Origin: an uncultured Methanoregulaceae archaeon | Lineage (GTDB): Archaea; Halobacteriota; Methanomicrobia; Methanomicrobiales; Methanospirillaceae | NCBI GenBank assembly: GCA_963737635.1 | Contig: CAVTTL010000001.1 | Span: 1,440,001-1,504,000, forward strand | Reading direction: 5' to 3' | Length of the DNA stretch: 64,000 nt | Shown: one piece after another, positions 1 to 11,900 of the stretch | Numbering within the stretch: position 1 is the stretch's first letter | How the letters are laid out: each line of letters opens with the position of its first letter | Program-made: the position numbers and the translations under genes | The notes under the pieces: model-generated | What the model was told of the DNA's origin: nothing | The model's database searches: none | What the model saw: only the letters and a program-made list of their open reading frames with translations

Positions 1-2
1 AA

Positions 3-890
3 ACACTCCTGACTCCAAACTTGGACGCCGAACTTGTTATGACCGGTCGCATCACCAGCCTGCCTATCAAGCCCAATACACCAACCGGTTGCCCTACACC
101 AGCCTTTATTACGCGTGCGATGATGGAGCTGACCGGTATCCCCCCTCTTTTTATCAATGCCGGGCTTAAATACCCACTTACTGTTCCATATCTCGATGCC
201 TTGGGGGAGGTTGGGAACGATCCGCGGATCGGCGATGCTGTGCCGCTTGCAAAAAAACTCTTTTCCCATGGGCAGGAGATCGGAAAACTCCTTTCGCGAT
301 CAGGAGACTTGCTTGTTTTAGGTGAATGTGTGCCCGGCGGAACGACGACCGCACTCTGTGTCCTCCGTGCTCTAGGATACCCAGCTATCGTCAGTAGTAG
401 TTTCGTCCGGAACCCTGTTGACCAGAAAGAGGCGATCTGTCAGGAAGTGTTAACCGGTATTCCCTATGAGATGCTACAGGACCCCCTTGAAATAATCAAA
501 CATGTCGGAGATCCGATGATTCCGGTTGCGGCGGGTATTGCCCACACGTACACCGGTTCGCTTGTACTTGCCGGGGGAACCCAGATGCTCGCAGTATGTG
601 CCGTGATCAAAGCGATGAATGGACCCATCCCTGCAATTGCGACGACGGCATTTGTCCGCGACGACCGCACCGCAAACGTGAAGGAACTTGCTGCGATGAT
701 AGGAGTATCGATGTATTATGTTGACCCGGGATTTGGCGAACTTGGCCATGAGGGTCTTGCCCGTTACTGCACAGGAGAGGTAAAAGAAGGGACCGGCGCC
801 GGGGGAGCAATGTTCATGGCGTCTCTCATGGGTTTTACGCCGGAACAGGTGCAGAAGAAAATTTTTGAGACGATTCAAGCGCACAGCTGA
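3..890 (+). CDS. cobT: Nicotinate-nucleotide-dimethylbenzimidazole phosphoribosyltransferase, archaeal CobT (5' end outside window)
   Basis: Motifs PTPAFIT, GECVPGGTTTA, GDPM, LAGGTQM and VKEGTGAGG; the frame is open to the window edge. Confidence 0.85.
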   Translation, partial: TLLTPNLDAELVMTGRITSLPIKPNTPTGCPTPAFITRAMMELTGIPPLFINAGLKYPLTVPYLDALGEVGNDPRIGDAVPLAKKLFSHGQEIGKLLSRSGDLLVLGECVPGGTTTALCVLRALGYPAIVSSSFVRNPVDQKEAICQEVLTGIPYEMLQDPLEIIKHVGDPMIPVAAGIAHTYTGSLVLAGGTQMLAVCAVIKAMNGPIPAIATTAFVRDDRTANVKELAAMIGVSMYYVDPGFGELGHEGLARYCTGEVKEGTGAGGAMFMASLMGFTPEQVQKKIFETIQAHS

Positions 891-929
891 ACAGGCTTAA
901 TAATCCTTTTATCATAAAGATCTGTAACA

Positions 930-1484
930 ATGCTTCCCATCTGCGTAGTCAACAATTATGGGCAGTTTAACCATCTTATCCACCGGGCCTTGAGAGATCT
1001 GGATATCGAAGTGATGCTCATTCCTAATACAACCCCCGGAGAGGACGTCGCCGCCGGGTATCGGGGAATTATCCTTGGAGGCGGGCCTGCGATAGAGCGT
1101 GCCGGGGCATGTGATGAGTACCTGGATCTCGGGTTACCAGTTCTGGGGATCTGCCTTGGTCTTCATATCATAGCAAAAAAATTTGGCGGGGAGATTCATC
1201 CGGGAAAGTCCGGGGGATATGGATCGGTTGAGGTTGCCATTCGTGATCATGATGATATCCTTACAGGATATCCTGAAAAAATTCCGGTCTGGGCATCGCA
1301 TGCCGATGAAGTCAGCAAAATGCCGGAGGGATTTACCCTCCTTGCCAGTTCCGGTATCTGTGAGGTGGAGGCCATTGCGTGCCCCCGGAAAAAGATTTAC
1401 GGGCTCCAGTGGCATCCTGAGGTCAGCCATACGGCGGATGGGAAACGGATTTACCAGAATTTTGACGCGATCTGTAGAGAATAG
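930..1484 (+). CDS. guaAA: GMP synthase glutamine amidotransferase subunit A
   Basis: NYGQFNHLI, PVLGICLG (catalytic Cys) and QWHPEV; stand-alone 184-aa GATase as in archaea. Confidence 0.9.
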   Translation: MLPICVVNNYGQFNHLIHRALRDLDIEVMLIPNTTPGEDVAAGYRGIILGGGPAIERAGACDEYLDLGLPVLGICLGLHIIAKKFGGEIHPGKSGGYGSVEVAIRDHDDILTGYPEKIPVWASHADEVSKMPEGFTLLASSGICEVEAIACPRKKIYGLQWHPEVSHTADGKRIYQNFDAICRE

Positions 1485-1551
1485 GGCGTCCTCCTTTTGC
1501 CGAATGAGTCCGAAGCGCCACTTTTTTTAGGAGTAAAGCAGAATTGAAGAT

Positions 1552-2600
1552 ATGTTAACCGACTTAAGAATGCGGCATGGGATGGTGATCATATGTTTAT
1601 GTCTCCTCGCTATTCCGGTAATGGCAGGGGCGTACACAACCATCCAGCAAGGTGGTACGGTTTACATTGGTGAACAGAGTCTCGATGTTACTGCAGCTCT
1701 TGGAGGCGATTCCGAAATCGGCTGGTGGGCATCCGGTGCTGCTATTGCTACCAGTTCACCGGATTACCAGATGCCGGTATCCACTCCTTCGAATTTTTAT
1801 GTATCACCTTCACCATTTGGACAATACATCGGTACGTGGTACCGGCTTAATGCCCAAGGAAAGCCGGATGGCACGGCATTCATCGTAGCTGATCCATCAT
1901 TGGCCATTAGGGTGGTTGATACAACGATCAATCTTGATGTGACCAATAAATGGATACCGCGTGGAGATCAGGCTGCATTTAGAATAGATACCAATCTGAA
2001 TCAGATATTTTCTCGGGGCAGTTCCTCGACCGAAGGTATTACTATTTACGTCCAACCCCCAACAGGGGGGACATATTCCGCACTCATCGATAGTTCAGGA
2101 ACATTGCATTCACTTGATAATCTCGTTATTACAGTTCCTTCGTATCAGACACCTTGGAGCTGGGATACCGGTAATTCCCAGTATGCCGCAGGAACGTATG
2201 TCATCTGGGCGAAGTGCGATATAAACGGCATGTACGATAATTATGGGATACCCGGTAAAACGATAAGCCAGCAGACCACTCTTCTCGATCAGGAACAGAA
2301 TCCGCTGATCTCGGTAAACGTACCCACAACGATAGCAACAACTCAGGGTATCCTGTACAAACGACCTATTCTCTCACTCCCACGACTTTGAGTACTTATG
2401 TGCCCACCGTAACAGCTACACCGTCGGCAACACCTAGTACTCCGGTCCCCACTGTGACGACAACCACCGTTCCTACAGTCACCACGTCAATTAGTCCTGT
2501 AGAAACAACTCCTTCGAAATCTGCTGGTTTTGGTGCGACCTTGGCACTAGTGTCGGTCTGTGCTGCATTGGCTTTAATTATCCTCAAAAGACCGCAGTAA
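1552..2600 (+). CDS. DUF3821-like secreted surface protein with Thr-rich linker and PGF-CTERM-like anchor (split by 1-bp frameshift near 2350)
   Basis: Signal peptide; GGTVYIGEQSLDVT motif; second ORF 2388..2600 supplies the Thr/Pro linker, SAGF, a TM helix and a basic tail. Confidence 0.7.
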
Positions 2601-2651
2601 TCAATTCCCATTCCATAACCTTTTTATCCGCCGTTTCTCCATATCCGGTGT

Positions 2652-3159
2652 ATGAATGTCGTAACCGCGGTCATCAAAGGACGGCACAGCGTTCGGAAAT
2701 TCAAGCCCGATCCGATCGATGAATCTTTTATTCATGACGCCATCGAATGTGCGGTTCATGCCCCGACAGCCATGAATCTGCAACCGTGGCTTATTGGTAC
2801 CGTACGGTCGAAAGAATTGCTTGAAAAAATCGCAGCTCTCACCGATCATGGAAAATTCGTAGCAGATGCCGCAGTCTGTTTCGCAATTTTTGGCGAACGC
2901 AATGCAAAATATTATCTGGAAGATTGTTGCGCAGCGACAGAAAATCTTATTCTTGGTCTCCAGGCCTATGGGGTAGGCACCTGCTGGGTGGCTGGCGATA
3001 AAAAAGAGTATGCGGAAGAGTCTACGAAAGATCCTGAATGTTCCAGAGAAATTCACTCTGGTCGCGCTGGTTCCCGCGGGATTACCTCTGGAAATCATTC
3101 CTGCCCCAAAGAAAGAGACAAAGAATGTGATATTTTCTGATATTTTCAGGAAAAATTAA
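2652..3159 (+). CDS. Nitroreductase family protein (frameshift near 3020)
   Basis: RHSVRKF, APTAMNLQPW and GVGTCW; the alternative frame continues LRKILNVPEKFTLVALVPAG to TAA 3157-3159. Confidence 0.85.
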
Positions 3160-3251
3160 TTTCAGCAAATCTTTTTTGTTTATTCTCCTGCTGATCCGCG
3201 ACGGATCTGTTCCCGCAATGATTAAACATCCCTCACATCCCATCATAACTC

Positions 3252-4537
3252 ATGAAAAAAGTAGTCCTGCAGGTTGCGCTGGATCTCCTCGAACTTAATC
3301 GGGCTGTGCAAATCGCAAAAGAGGCACTCGCCGGTGGAGCGGACTGGATTGAAGCCGGTACACCGCTTATCAAGAGCGAGGGAATGCAGGCTATTCGAAC
3401 TCTACGTGAGCAGTTCCCGACTGCGGTTGTTGTGGCAGATATGAAAATTGCTGATACGGGAACTATGGAGGTTGAGATGGCTGCAAAGGCCGGGGCTAGT
3501 ATAGTCTGTATTCTTGCCGATGCCGATGATGCAGTCATCTCAGAAGCGGTCCGGGCGAGCCGGTTATACGGAACCCGGCTGATGGCAGATCTTATCAATG
3601 TCCAGAACCCTGTGAAACGTGCCAAGGAACTGGAATCTCTCGGGGTGGACATCATTGCCGCCCATATTGGTATCGATCAGCAGATGATCGGAAAAAACTC
3701 ACTGGATCTTCTCCGAGCCCTTCAAGGAGAAATTCATATACCCCTCGCGGTAGCCGGTGGGCTCGATGCAGCTACCGCGGGGGATGCGGTGAAACAGGGT
3801 GCTGATATCGTAATTGTCGGTGGGTGGATTGTCCGTTCTGCCGATGTCACAGGTTCGACTCAAGTGATCCGCAAATCTCTTGATTCGCCATCACTAGCAA
3901 CGCCGGAAAAAAGAATACCGGTGATGAAATCCATTCGCTCCTGATGCAGGTTTCCACACCTAACATTAGTGATGCGATGCACCGGAAAGGGGCACTTCCG
4001 GGACTCGTCTCGCTCTGTGGCAATGTAAAAATGGCAGGGAAGGCAATAACCGTTCGCACCGTTGCCGGAGATTGGGCAAAACCCGTTGAAGCAATTGAAA
4101 TTGCCGATCGTGGCAGTGTCCTTGTGATCAATAATGATAACTGCGTCGACGTGGCCCCGTGGGGAGAACTCGCAACGTTAAGCTGTATCCAAAAGGGCAT
4201 TGCCGGTGTTGTGATCGATGGGGCTGTTCGGGATATTGATGACATCCGCATGATGAAGTTTCCCCTGTTTGCTCGTGCTGTCGTGCCTAATGCAGGAGAA
4301 CCCAAGGGATTTGGAGAGATCAATGCGGAGATCCGGTGTTGTGGGCAGACTATTCGTCCCGGTGATTGGATTGTCGGGGATGAAAGTGGTGTTGTAGCGA
4401 TTCCTAGTGAGCGTGCCTATGAAGTTGCTCGCCGGGCACTTGAAGTCAAAAAAACTGAAGCAAGGATTCGTGAAGAGATCCGCCGGGGCAGTACATTATC
4501 TGAAGTATCAGAACTGATAAAATGGGAAAAGAAATGA
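3252..4537 (+). CDS. hxlA: 3-hexulose-6-phosphate synthase fused to RraA-like domain (split by indel in A-run near 3910)
   Basis: [15 protein letters not shown] and DMKIADTG; the downstream ORF has RraA motifs WGEL, DGAVRD and [13 protein letters not shown]; one extra A joins the two frames. Confidence 0.85.
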
Positions 4538-4545
4538 TACTGGAT

Positions 4546-4980
4546 CTAATGAAAGACTGAATACTCCAACAGGGATGCCCCGGATGACAGTATTTTTTCG
4601 ATTGCATCATCTATCTGATCTACGCGAAGGATGAGGACTGCGGCTTTTTTCCCCGAATAGGCATAGGAATATTCAATGTTTATGTCGGCGTCACCCAGAA
4701 CTTTTGCGATCTCAAAAAGCCCCCCGGGCTGGTCTTTCATCTGGACAGCGATTACGTCGGTAAAGGCCACATTAAAACCAAGCGATGACAGTTTTTCATA
4801 TGCCTTTTCAGGACGATCAACCAATGCCCGGATTACGCCAAATCCATTTGCTTCAGCAATACTGAACGCAAGGATATTGATCTTCTCCTCTCCCAAAGCG
4901 TGGGCCACAGATGCCAGCCTGCCAGGGCGGTTTTCCGAAAAGATCGAGATCTGTTTAATGACGTACTTTTTCCTGTCCAT
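4546..4980 (-). CDS. ACT domain pair protein
   Basis: ISIFSENRPGRL and DQPGGL...INIEYSY; typical partner of paaK-like genes. Confidence 0.85.
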   Translation of the reverse strand: MDRKKYVIKQISIFSENRPGRLASVAHALGEEKINILAFSIAEANGFGVIRALVDRPEKAYEKLSSLGFNVAFTDVIAVQMKDQPGGLFEIAKVLGDADINIEYSYAYSGKKAAVLILRVDQIDDAIEKILSSGASLLEYSVFH

Positions 4981-4981
4981 C

Positions 4982-6285
4982 TTATAGCACCCTCTTATCG
5001 ATCACTTTCTTTGACTTACCTTCAAACCGTGGTAATGATCCCGGCTCTACAAGTTCAACGTCCACAGCAACATTCAACGCATTCCTGAGCCGGTGTTCAA
5101 CATTCTGTCGGATCTGCATGAGGTCAGTAATCTTGTCGCTGAAAGATTCTTTTGTTAATTCGATCCTCACAAGGATGTCATCTAATGTTCCCGAACGGTC
5201 GACGACGATCTGGAAATGCTGGCCGACCTCAGGAATTGTCATAAGGGTGTATTCTACTTGTGAAGGGAATACATTAATCCCACGGATGATCAGCATATCG
5301 TCTACTCTTCCCTGAATCCGTTTGATTCGCGGGCTTGTCCTGCCACATGGGCATGTGTCCTCGTCGACAGATGAGATGTCTCCGATGCGGTAACGGATCA
5401 TGGGGAGAGCTTCCTTCTGGAGCATCGTGATGGTTAATTCGCCTTTCTCCCCGGGACCGAGTTGCTCACCGGTCTTTGGATCGATTGCTTCTACATAGGC
5501 AATATCTGACCAGATATGAAAACCGTTTTGTTCAGAGCACTCGGTAAACATTGGCCCGGAGAGTTCGCTTGTTCCATAAATATCGTAAGCTTTGATGCCC
5601 AGCCAGTTTTCTATTCTGGTACGCATTCCTTCAGTCCAGGGCTCGGCGCCAAGAATTCCTGCTTTAAGACGGGTCTCCTTTTTAATGTCGATGCCCATCT
5701 TTTCTGCAACTTCCCCAATATGGAGAAGATAGGAAGGAGTGCAGGCAATTGCAGTCGCTCCGAGATCCTGCATTAATTCAATCTGGCGCTCGGTGTTCCC
5801 GACACTTGTCGGAAGCACAGTTGCCCCAATCCGCTCTGCCCCGTAGTGCATACCGAGGCCACCGGTAAATAAACCGTACCCATAACTGACCTGGATGACG
5901 TCACCCCTCCCAAGGCCAATTGAGGTGAGTCCCCGGGCGAGCGAAGAGGTCCAAAGATCCAGATCCTTTTGGGTGTATCCGACCACAGTTGGTTTACCGG
6001 TCGTTCCGGAGGAAACATGGTATCGTACAGGCTCATCCTGGGGGGCTGTAAATATCTTGTTTGGATAATTGTCCCGGAGATCCCCTTTGAACATGAAGGG
6101 GAGTTTTTTGATATCAGATAAATCCTTTATATTATCGGGATGGATTTGCTGCGCTTTCATACGATCGTGATAAAACGACGAAAAACTGTAGAGTCTGCAT
6201 ACGAGACTTTTTAATAATTTATATTGGATCTTCCGGAGATCTGCCTCCGGCATCTCTTCTATTCTCGGATCCCAGGTACCTGCAT
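4982..6285 (-). CDS. paaK: Phenylacetate-CoA ligase family protein (true start probably 6285, with a 1-bp indel next to it)
   Basis: SSGTTGKP, YGTSE, RYRIGD and GRVDDM; WDPRIEE lies in frame upstream of 6253. Confidence 0.85.
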
Positions 6286-7583
6286 CAGATGTCTCCCCGT
6301 CGATCGATTACCCGTTTGGCTTTTCCTTCAAATCTGGGTAGCGAACCCGGTTCTACCAGTCTGACCGTTGTACGCAATTCAAGGGTATCATGCAGTTCCT
6401 TGACCACGGTTTTCTGGATTCTGGCAAGATCTGCCAGTTCTCCACTAAAATAGTTTCTATTGATCTCAACTTCTACAGTCATCTCATCAAGGTGATTAAT
6501 TCTGTCTATATAGACCATAAACTGATTGCCAACTTCCGGAATCCGAAGCAACACGTGCTCTATCTGGGATGGAAAGACATTGATACCCCGGATAATCAGC
6601 ATATCGTCGCTTCTTCCGCTTAGGCGTGCAATCTTTTTACCCCTGCTGCAGAGACACCCGTCTTCCATAAGCATGGTAACATCACCGGTTCTGTAACGTA
6701 CGAGTGGCATTGCCTCCTTTACCAGCGGTGTTATGACCATTTCGCCTCGTTCGCCATCGGAAAGGCATTCTCCGGTCTTTGGATCGATAATTTCTACAAG
6801 GTAGCTGTCATGCCAGATATGCAGGCCATCACGTTCGGGACATTCAAAGGCAACCCCGGGTCCAAAAAGCTCGCTCATACCATACGAATCATATGCCGTA
6901 AGACCGAGTCGATCTTCAAGGGTCGTCCTCATCGTAGCTGACCAGGGCTCAGCACCGAAAATACCCGTTTTCAGACTTGTGAGCGGCTCGCCCATCTCTT
7001 CAGCAACTTCTGACAGGTGCATCGCATAACTTGGTGTGCAATGAATAGCAGTAACTCCAAAATCGCGGATCATTTCGATCTGGCGTCGAGTATTTCCCGT
7101 CGCACTTGGGATGACCGTCATCCCTATCAGTTCTGCTCCGTAGTGAAAGCCTAATCCCCCGGTGAACATCCCGTAATTGACCATATTCTGGAAAATATCG
7201 TTTTCACCGATTCCGATCATGGTCATATTGCGGGCGATAAGATTTGCCCAGGTATCGAGATCCTTGCGGGTATATCCTACGACGGTAGGTTTCCCGGTAG
7301 TCCCAGATGTCGTATGGATACGCACAATTTTTTGCATAGGAACTGCAAAAAATCCGAAAGGATAGCCATCCCGGAGATCCTGTTTTTTAGTAAAGGGTAG
7401 TTTTTGGACGTCTTCGAGAGTTTCTATGTCAGCCGCAGATATCCCGGCGCCCTCGAACTGTTTCCGGTAAAATTCAACCTGTTTTACTGCGTGAAGAGTT
7501 TTTTTTAACCGCTTCAGCTGAAGAACTTTAAGTTCAGCAGGTTTTAGTGTTTCCACTTTTTTATCCCAGAACATCCGCTTCAC
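6285..7583 (-). CDS. paaK: Phenylacetate-CoA ligase family protein (paralog)
   Basis: TSGTTGKP, YGMSE, RYRTGD and GRSDDM. Confidence 0.88.
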   Translation of the reverse strand: MKRMFWDKKVETLKPAELKVLQLKRLKKTLHAVKQVEFYRKQFEGAGISAADIETLEDVQKLPFTKKQDLRDGYPFGFFAVPMQKIVRIHTTSGTTGKPTVVGYTRKDLDTWANLIARNMTMIGIGENDIFQNMVNYGMFTGGLGFHYGAELIGMTVIPSATGNTRRQIEMIRDFGVTAIHCTPSYAMHLSEVAEEMGEPLTSLKTGIFGAEPWSATMRTTLEDRLGLTAYDSYGMSELFGPGVAFECPERDGLHIWHDSYLVEIIDPKTGECLSDGERGEMVITPLVKEAMPLVRYRTGDVTMLMEDGCLCSRGKKIARLSGRSDDMLIIRGINVFPSQIEHVLLRIPEVGNQFMVYIDRINHLDEMTVEVEINRNYFSGELADLARIQKTVVKELHDTLELRTTVRLVEPGSLPRFEGKAKRVIDRRGDI

Positions 7584-7753
7584 CTGTTATGCTATTGCAT
7601 GACATATAGAATCTAATCTCCTTTATACCTCATCGTTCGTGGCCGCCACCATCATCACGGAGTATATCGCTTCAGGAAATGCCAAAGCGATGCTTTAATC
7701 AGGAGGCAAAGGGCACTATGTAAATTACATTATAGCTTTTTCATGCGGCTTCT

Positions 7754-8686
7754 ATGTCACGAGCGATTCCTTGGTTGGCGGTGTATGGGTTTGGCGCTCA
7801 TATTAAGTCCACACAAAAAAAATTAATTATACTCAACAAAGGAACTGTCGAAGAATACCCGCTTGATGAAATAAAGAATCTTCTCATTGTTGGTGGACAT
7901 AACTTCAACTCGACAACCATTTCTCATCTTCTGAAAAATGGGTCGTATGTTTCGTTTTTTGAGCCTGACGGGACTCCCGTTGGAATTTTGCAGCCTTTCG
8001 GAAACTCTCCTGATAAAATAATACAGCATCTTCAGGAGGACTTACCCCGTTACCGGTTCGCGACGACAATTGCGCAGGCCTCTCTTAAATCCCGGCTTAT
8101 TGCGATCGAAAGACTTCAGGAGCAGCGGGGATCAGATATTTTGTACGAGGGAGAATTGCAGATTTTGCATGCCGCATTCAATGATCTCGAGTACCTTGTG
8201 AAACTAGATGAAATTCGTCGGCTGTCTGATCTGACGACGAATATGTATTATGAGATATTGTCGAGAGACATACCAAAATGTTTTGATTTCAGGAGAAGGA
8301 CGGTACGCCCGCAGTGCGATCCGATCAATGCTATTTTCTCTTTTGGCTATGCGATGCTTTTTGGAAATTGTGGTGTCTCCGTTATTGGAGCCCGCCTAAA
8401 CCCCGATCTCGGTCTCCTGCATGAAGGACCGGGATCGCTTGTTCGGGATTTTATCGGACCTTTTAAAGCTGAAATGATTGATCCTGTCGTATGCAGTATC
8501 GCCCGGGAAACATTGAAACCCGGGGACTTTGAACAAACGTCTTCCCGATGCATGCTTTCCGATGCGCTCATTAAAAATCTGATAGCGAATTTTAAAAAAT
8601 CGATCGATAATCAAAAACTTGACCGGCAAGTGAATAATTTTTTAAGGGCAATTCAAAAAATGGAATCTTTTACAATAATGTACTGA
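7754..8686 (+). CDS. cas1: Solo Cas1 homolog, probably catalytically inactive
   Basis: Cas1 N-terminal beta region; FRRRTVRPQCDPINAIFSFGYAML and NPDLGLLH; no cas2 or CRISPR array in the window. Confidence 0.85.
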   Translation: MSRAIPWLAVYGFGAHIKSTQKKLIILNKGTVEEYPLDEIKNLLIVGGHNFNSTTISHLLKNGSYVSFFEPDGTPVGILQPFGNSPDKIIQHLQEDLPRYRFATTIAQASLKSRLIAIERLQEQRGSDILYEGELQILHAAFNDLEYLVKLDEIRRLSDLTTNMYYEILSRDIPKCFDFRRRTVRPQCDPINAIFSFGYAMLFGNCGVSVIGARLNPDLGLLHEGPGSLVRDFIGPFKAEMIDPVVCSIARETLKPGDFEQTSSRCMLSDALIKNLIANFKKSIDNQKLDRQVNNFLRAIQKMESFTIMY

Positions 8687-8963
8687 CTCTTCCGTTGCTC
8701 TTTATGATAGAGAATTCAGAGTAAATCCGTGTCGGGGTTTCTGTAATCTGTATATCTCGTATCACTGCCCGGGGGCAACTGTAGAGCATCGAAATAAATT
8801 TCTCAAGAATTATTGGGTCGGCTGTCGCAAAAATCTGTACTTTTCCATCCGCAAGATTCATCACTGTACCAGTAACATTCAAATCCATTGCGATTTTCCT
8901 TGCACAGGCGCGAAACCCCACCTTCTGGACCCTTCCCGTAATAATAATCTCGAAGGTTTTCAT
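8670..8963 (-). CDS. acyP: Acylphosphatase
   Basis: GRVQKVGFR and GTVMNLADGKVQI signatures, 97 aa. Confidence 0.88.
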   Translation of the reverse strand: MKTFEIIITGRVQKVGFRACARKIAMDLNVTGTVMNLADGKVQIFATADPIILEKFISMLYSCPRAVIRDIQITETPTRIYSEFSIIKSNGRVSTLL

Positions 8964-11900
8964 TCAGGCTCTTCTCCCTGCATTAATCTGATGACCAGTC
9001 CTAATTCATTAAATACCTCATCTCGAAGAATGGACTGTCTTATGTTTGTTGCAGCATCTATTGCATTATCAAGTATATCTTGTGCAACGCTTTCATAGCC
9101 TGCAGAATACATTTTTATTGCCATATCACATCGCACATACGCCCTTTTTGAAAGAGGTCTGATTATATCCGATTCTTTTATTGCGTTATTGAGCATTCTT
9201 TTTGCTATTTTTTGGTCTGAATTATCCCGGGAATGGATAGAAAGCCTACAATAAACAAGTGCCCTCTTCCCCCGATCAGTCATCGAACGAACCGTTTGTT
9301 CAAGGGCTATAATCTGGCCGGGAGATGCGCCTTCATTAATAATCCGCGTCAGGAGTCCCATAATTTTTGTATGGGGTATGTTTTTTTCTGGCGCATCGTT
9401 ATAGCCGATTTGGGTCAAACGGTGCTGCCGTAGATCATCATCTTCTATTTGTGCCAGAATATCGGCCGATTTTTTCATATACTCTACGTTTCCCTGTTCT
9501 CTGAAGAAATTCGTAAATATTCTCGCAATTTCATCATGTATTGAATCGGCAATATGCTGGATGTTTATCGTTCTTGATAATTTTTCTGCTTTGTCCAACA
9601 AATTTAGGGCAAATTCATCCTCACCATTCTGTACTGCCAGGGGCACTATTTTTAAAATAAGCAGCGACTTATCATATGGCGATTCAATTTTCTCAATTGC
9701 TTCTGAAATATGACGGAGGGTGTTTTTCCCCTGGTTTTCCCGTTCCAGTGCGTATGCAGAAATAAGTGCTTTAACATATTCTATAGGGTCAGAGACATTC
9801 GCAATTACTTCTAATATAAGATCCATCCGCATTTTCTCCGGAAGGAGATTGTCCAGCCCGACAATAGCTGAAACAATTTGTCGACGTACTGCGGTATTCT
9901 GATCGGGTTCAACATGATGGAGTTTATCCAACCCTTCATTTAAGCAGAGTTTCGCTTTTTCCGGGTTGATGTTACGGTACCTGGTAGTCAAATCTGCGAG
10001 AATCAAAATCTTCTGGTATACAGTCGGAAGGCTCGTGACCGATAAATATACTTCATCTAGGATTTTTCGGCCAAGTTCCTCATCGTTTATCCTGGTGGCT
10101 GAATCTGCCAAGGAACACAATCCTCTGAGTCGAATAAATGGATCGTGGGTCAAATCGAGGAGATGATGAATCAGGCTAATGATTTCAGGCGTTGATCGCA
10201 TATGGTACCGATTCTGAAGAATATAGGCCAGTACCTCATAGGGATCCGCCGAGTCCGGATAAATGATATCCTCATTGAGTTTTGCGATAATCCGCAGCAT
10301 CATAGCATTGCGTTCGAGAGGATCTTCTATTTCAATTGAATACAGAGCCAAAGGAAGAATGTAATCTCTTCCATCGCTCTTTTTTGACGAGAGTATGATA
10401 TCAATCATTCCAGCAATTTTCAGAGAAATCTGGGACTTTTTCACTTCAGCTTTTAATAGATTCAGACTTTTCTCAAAAGGTCTTAAAAGAAGGTTATTAT
10501 CGACATGGCTGCTCTGTATCGGCGTGAAATCTGGTATGAGATCGCAACCTATCCTGACAAACGATTCGGCGATACGTTCACAGATCTGCAATCGCAAGGA
10601 AGGATCTTCTATATCTTTTGCAATTCGGTATGCTTCATCAAGGGCGTCAGGATCTTTTTTACTAACCGCATATTTAATCACCCCTTCGGTTATGTTTTTA
10701 ATCGCATAGGCTACAAGATCCGGGTCCAAAAAGGAACTGCTCCATAGTCGCATCCTCAAAAGAAGATCAAGATCCCCTTGGGTTGCAGCGAGAAGAGCAG
10801 CATCGTCAATAATGCTACTCAGAGTCGAAGATCGGATTGCCTGTCCCTCAATAAGGCAGGTAATCCCGACTGCCTGCTGAAGTGAATCACGGTTTCCGGT
10901 TTTAACCCCGATTTCAGCAAGTTTCATCACAACGGTCGAAATTGCTTGCTCCCTGAGTGATGGAATCCGAATTAATTTTGAGAGATCTACTAGAATAGCA
11001 GAGTCACATGAATCAAGAAATCCTCGATTTGTCAAGGTTATAATAAAATCTAGGATAATGTTATCATATCCGCTATACAGGGTCAGGAGCTGTTTTAACG
11101 AACCGTTGTGTTTTACAATCTCTTCCAGCGGTGTAGCATGACCTATTTGGTGAACTGCAAGGGATATGGCATTTGTGATAACCTCGGGTTCATTTCTTTC
11201 AAGCATTGCCCCGAATTGCGAAGTGCCTTGATCGTGTACTATTCCCTCTTCGATTAATTTTGCAAAGCAGGTGCAATAATGAGGTGAAATTTCCTGAGGC
11301 GGCTTAATTCGTGAAAATAATTTGGTGGCACTGTCAAAATCTCCCAAGAGCAGCATGATCTGAGAAAATTGCAAAAAAATTTCTATAGCCTCATTACGGT
11401 CACATGATTTTTCAATAAAAGGTATCAGATTCGCCAGTACCTGAGCAGAGTGTGCGTGCCGAGAAACAGCAATCCCTGCCCGGACGATATCCCTTATGGG
11501 GTACTTCTCTATTAAGGGGAGATCCTCGAGAAGATTCATTGCAGTTTTAAGATACCACGGTTCACCGGATCGTTCAGCTTTTCTTAAGAAGGTTCTGTAC
11601 TAAAAGTTCTCTTGTAAATGGCAGTTTTTCACCAAGAAAAATAAGATCCTCATTGATTTGATTTTTATTTTTTACCTTATCAAGAAGATGTTCCATTAAC
11701 GTATAGACCAATTCTCCCTGTATATTTTTAGGAAGTTTTTCGAAATGGACAACTAACAAATGGATGTCCAATAGATCTTTTTCAAAGAGTGAGTTCATTC
11801 CCTTTCTAATAATAGTGGTAATGCACTCCCTTCTTCGGAGCTTCTGGTAAATCGCTGTCGTAATTTGAATGCTTTCGATAAAAAGATTGAAATCTCCTTT

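Noticed and set aside
3900-3945. Programmed frameshifting in hxlA-rraA or the IS transposase
   Set aside because: Indistinguishable from the many other homopolymer indels in this assembly
4546-7583. Tandem paaK-paaK-ACT as a novel system
   Set aside because: This arrangement is common in methanogens and other anaerobes
8670-8963. Small gene next to cas1 as cas2
   Set aside because: It is on the opposite strand and carries clear acylphosphatase signatures rather than the Cas2 YDI motif
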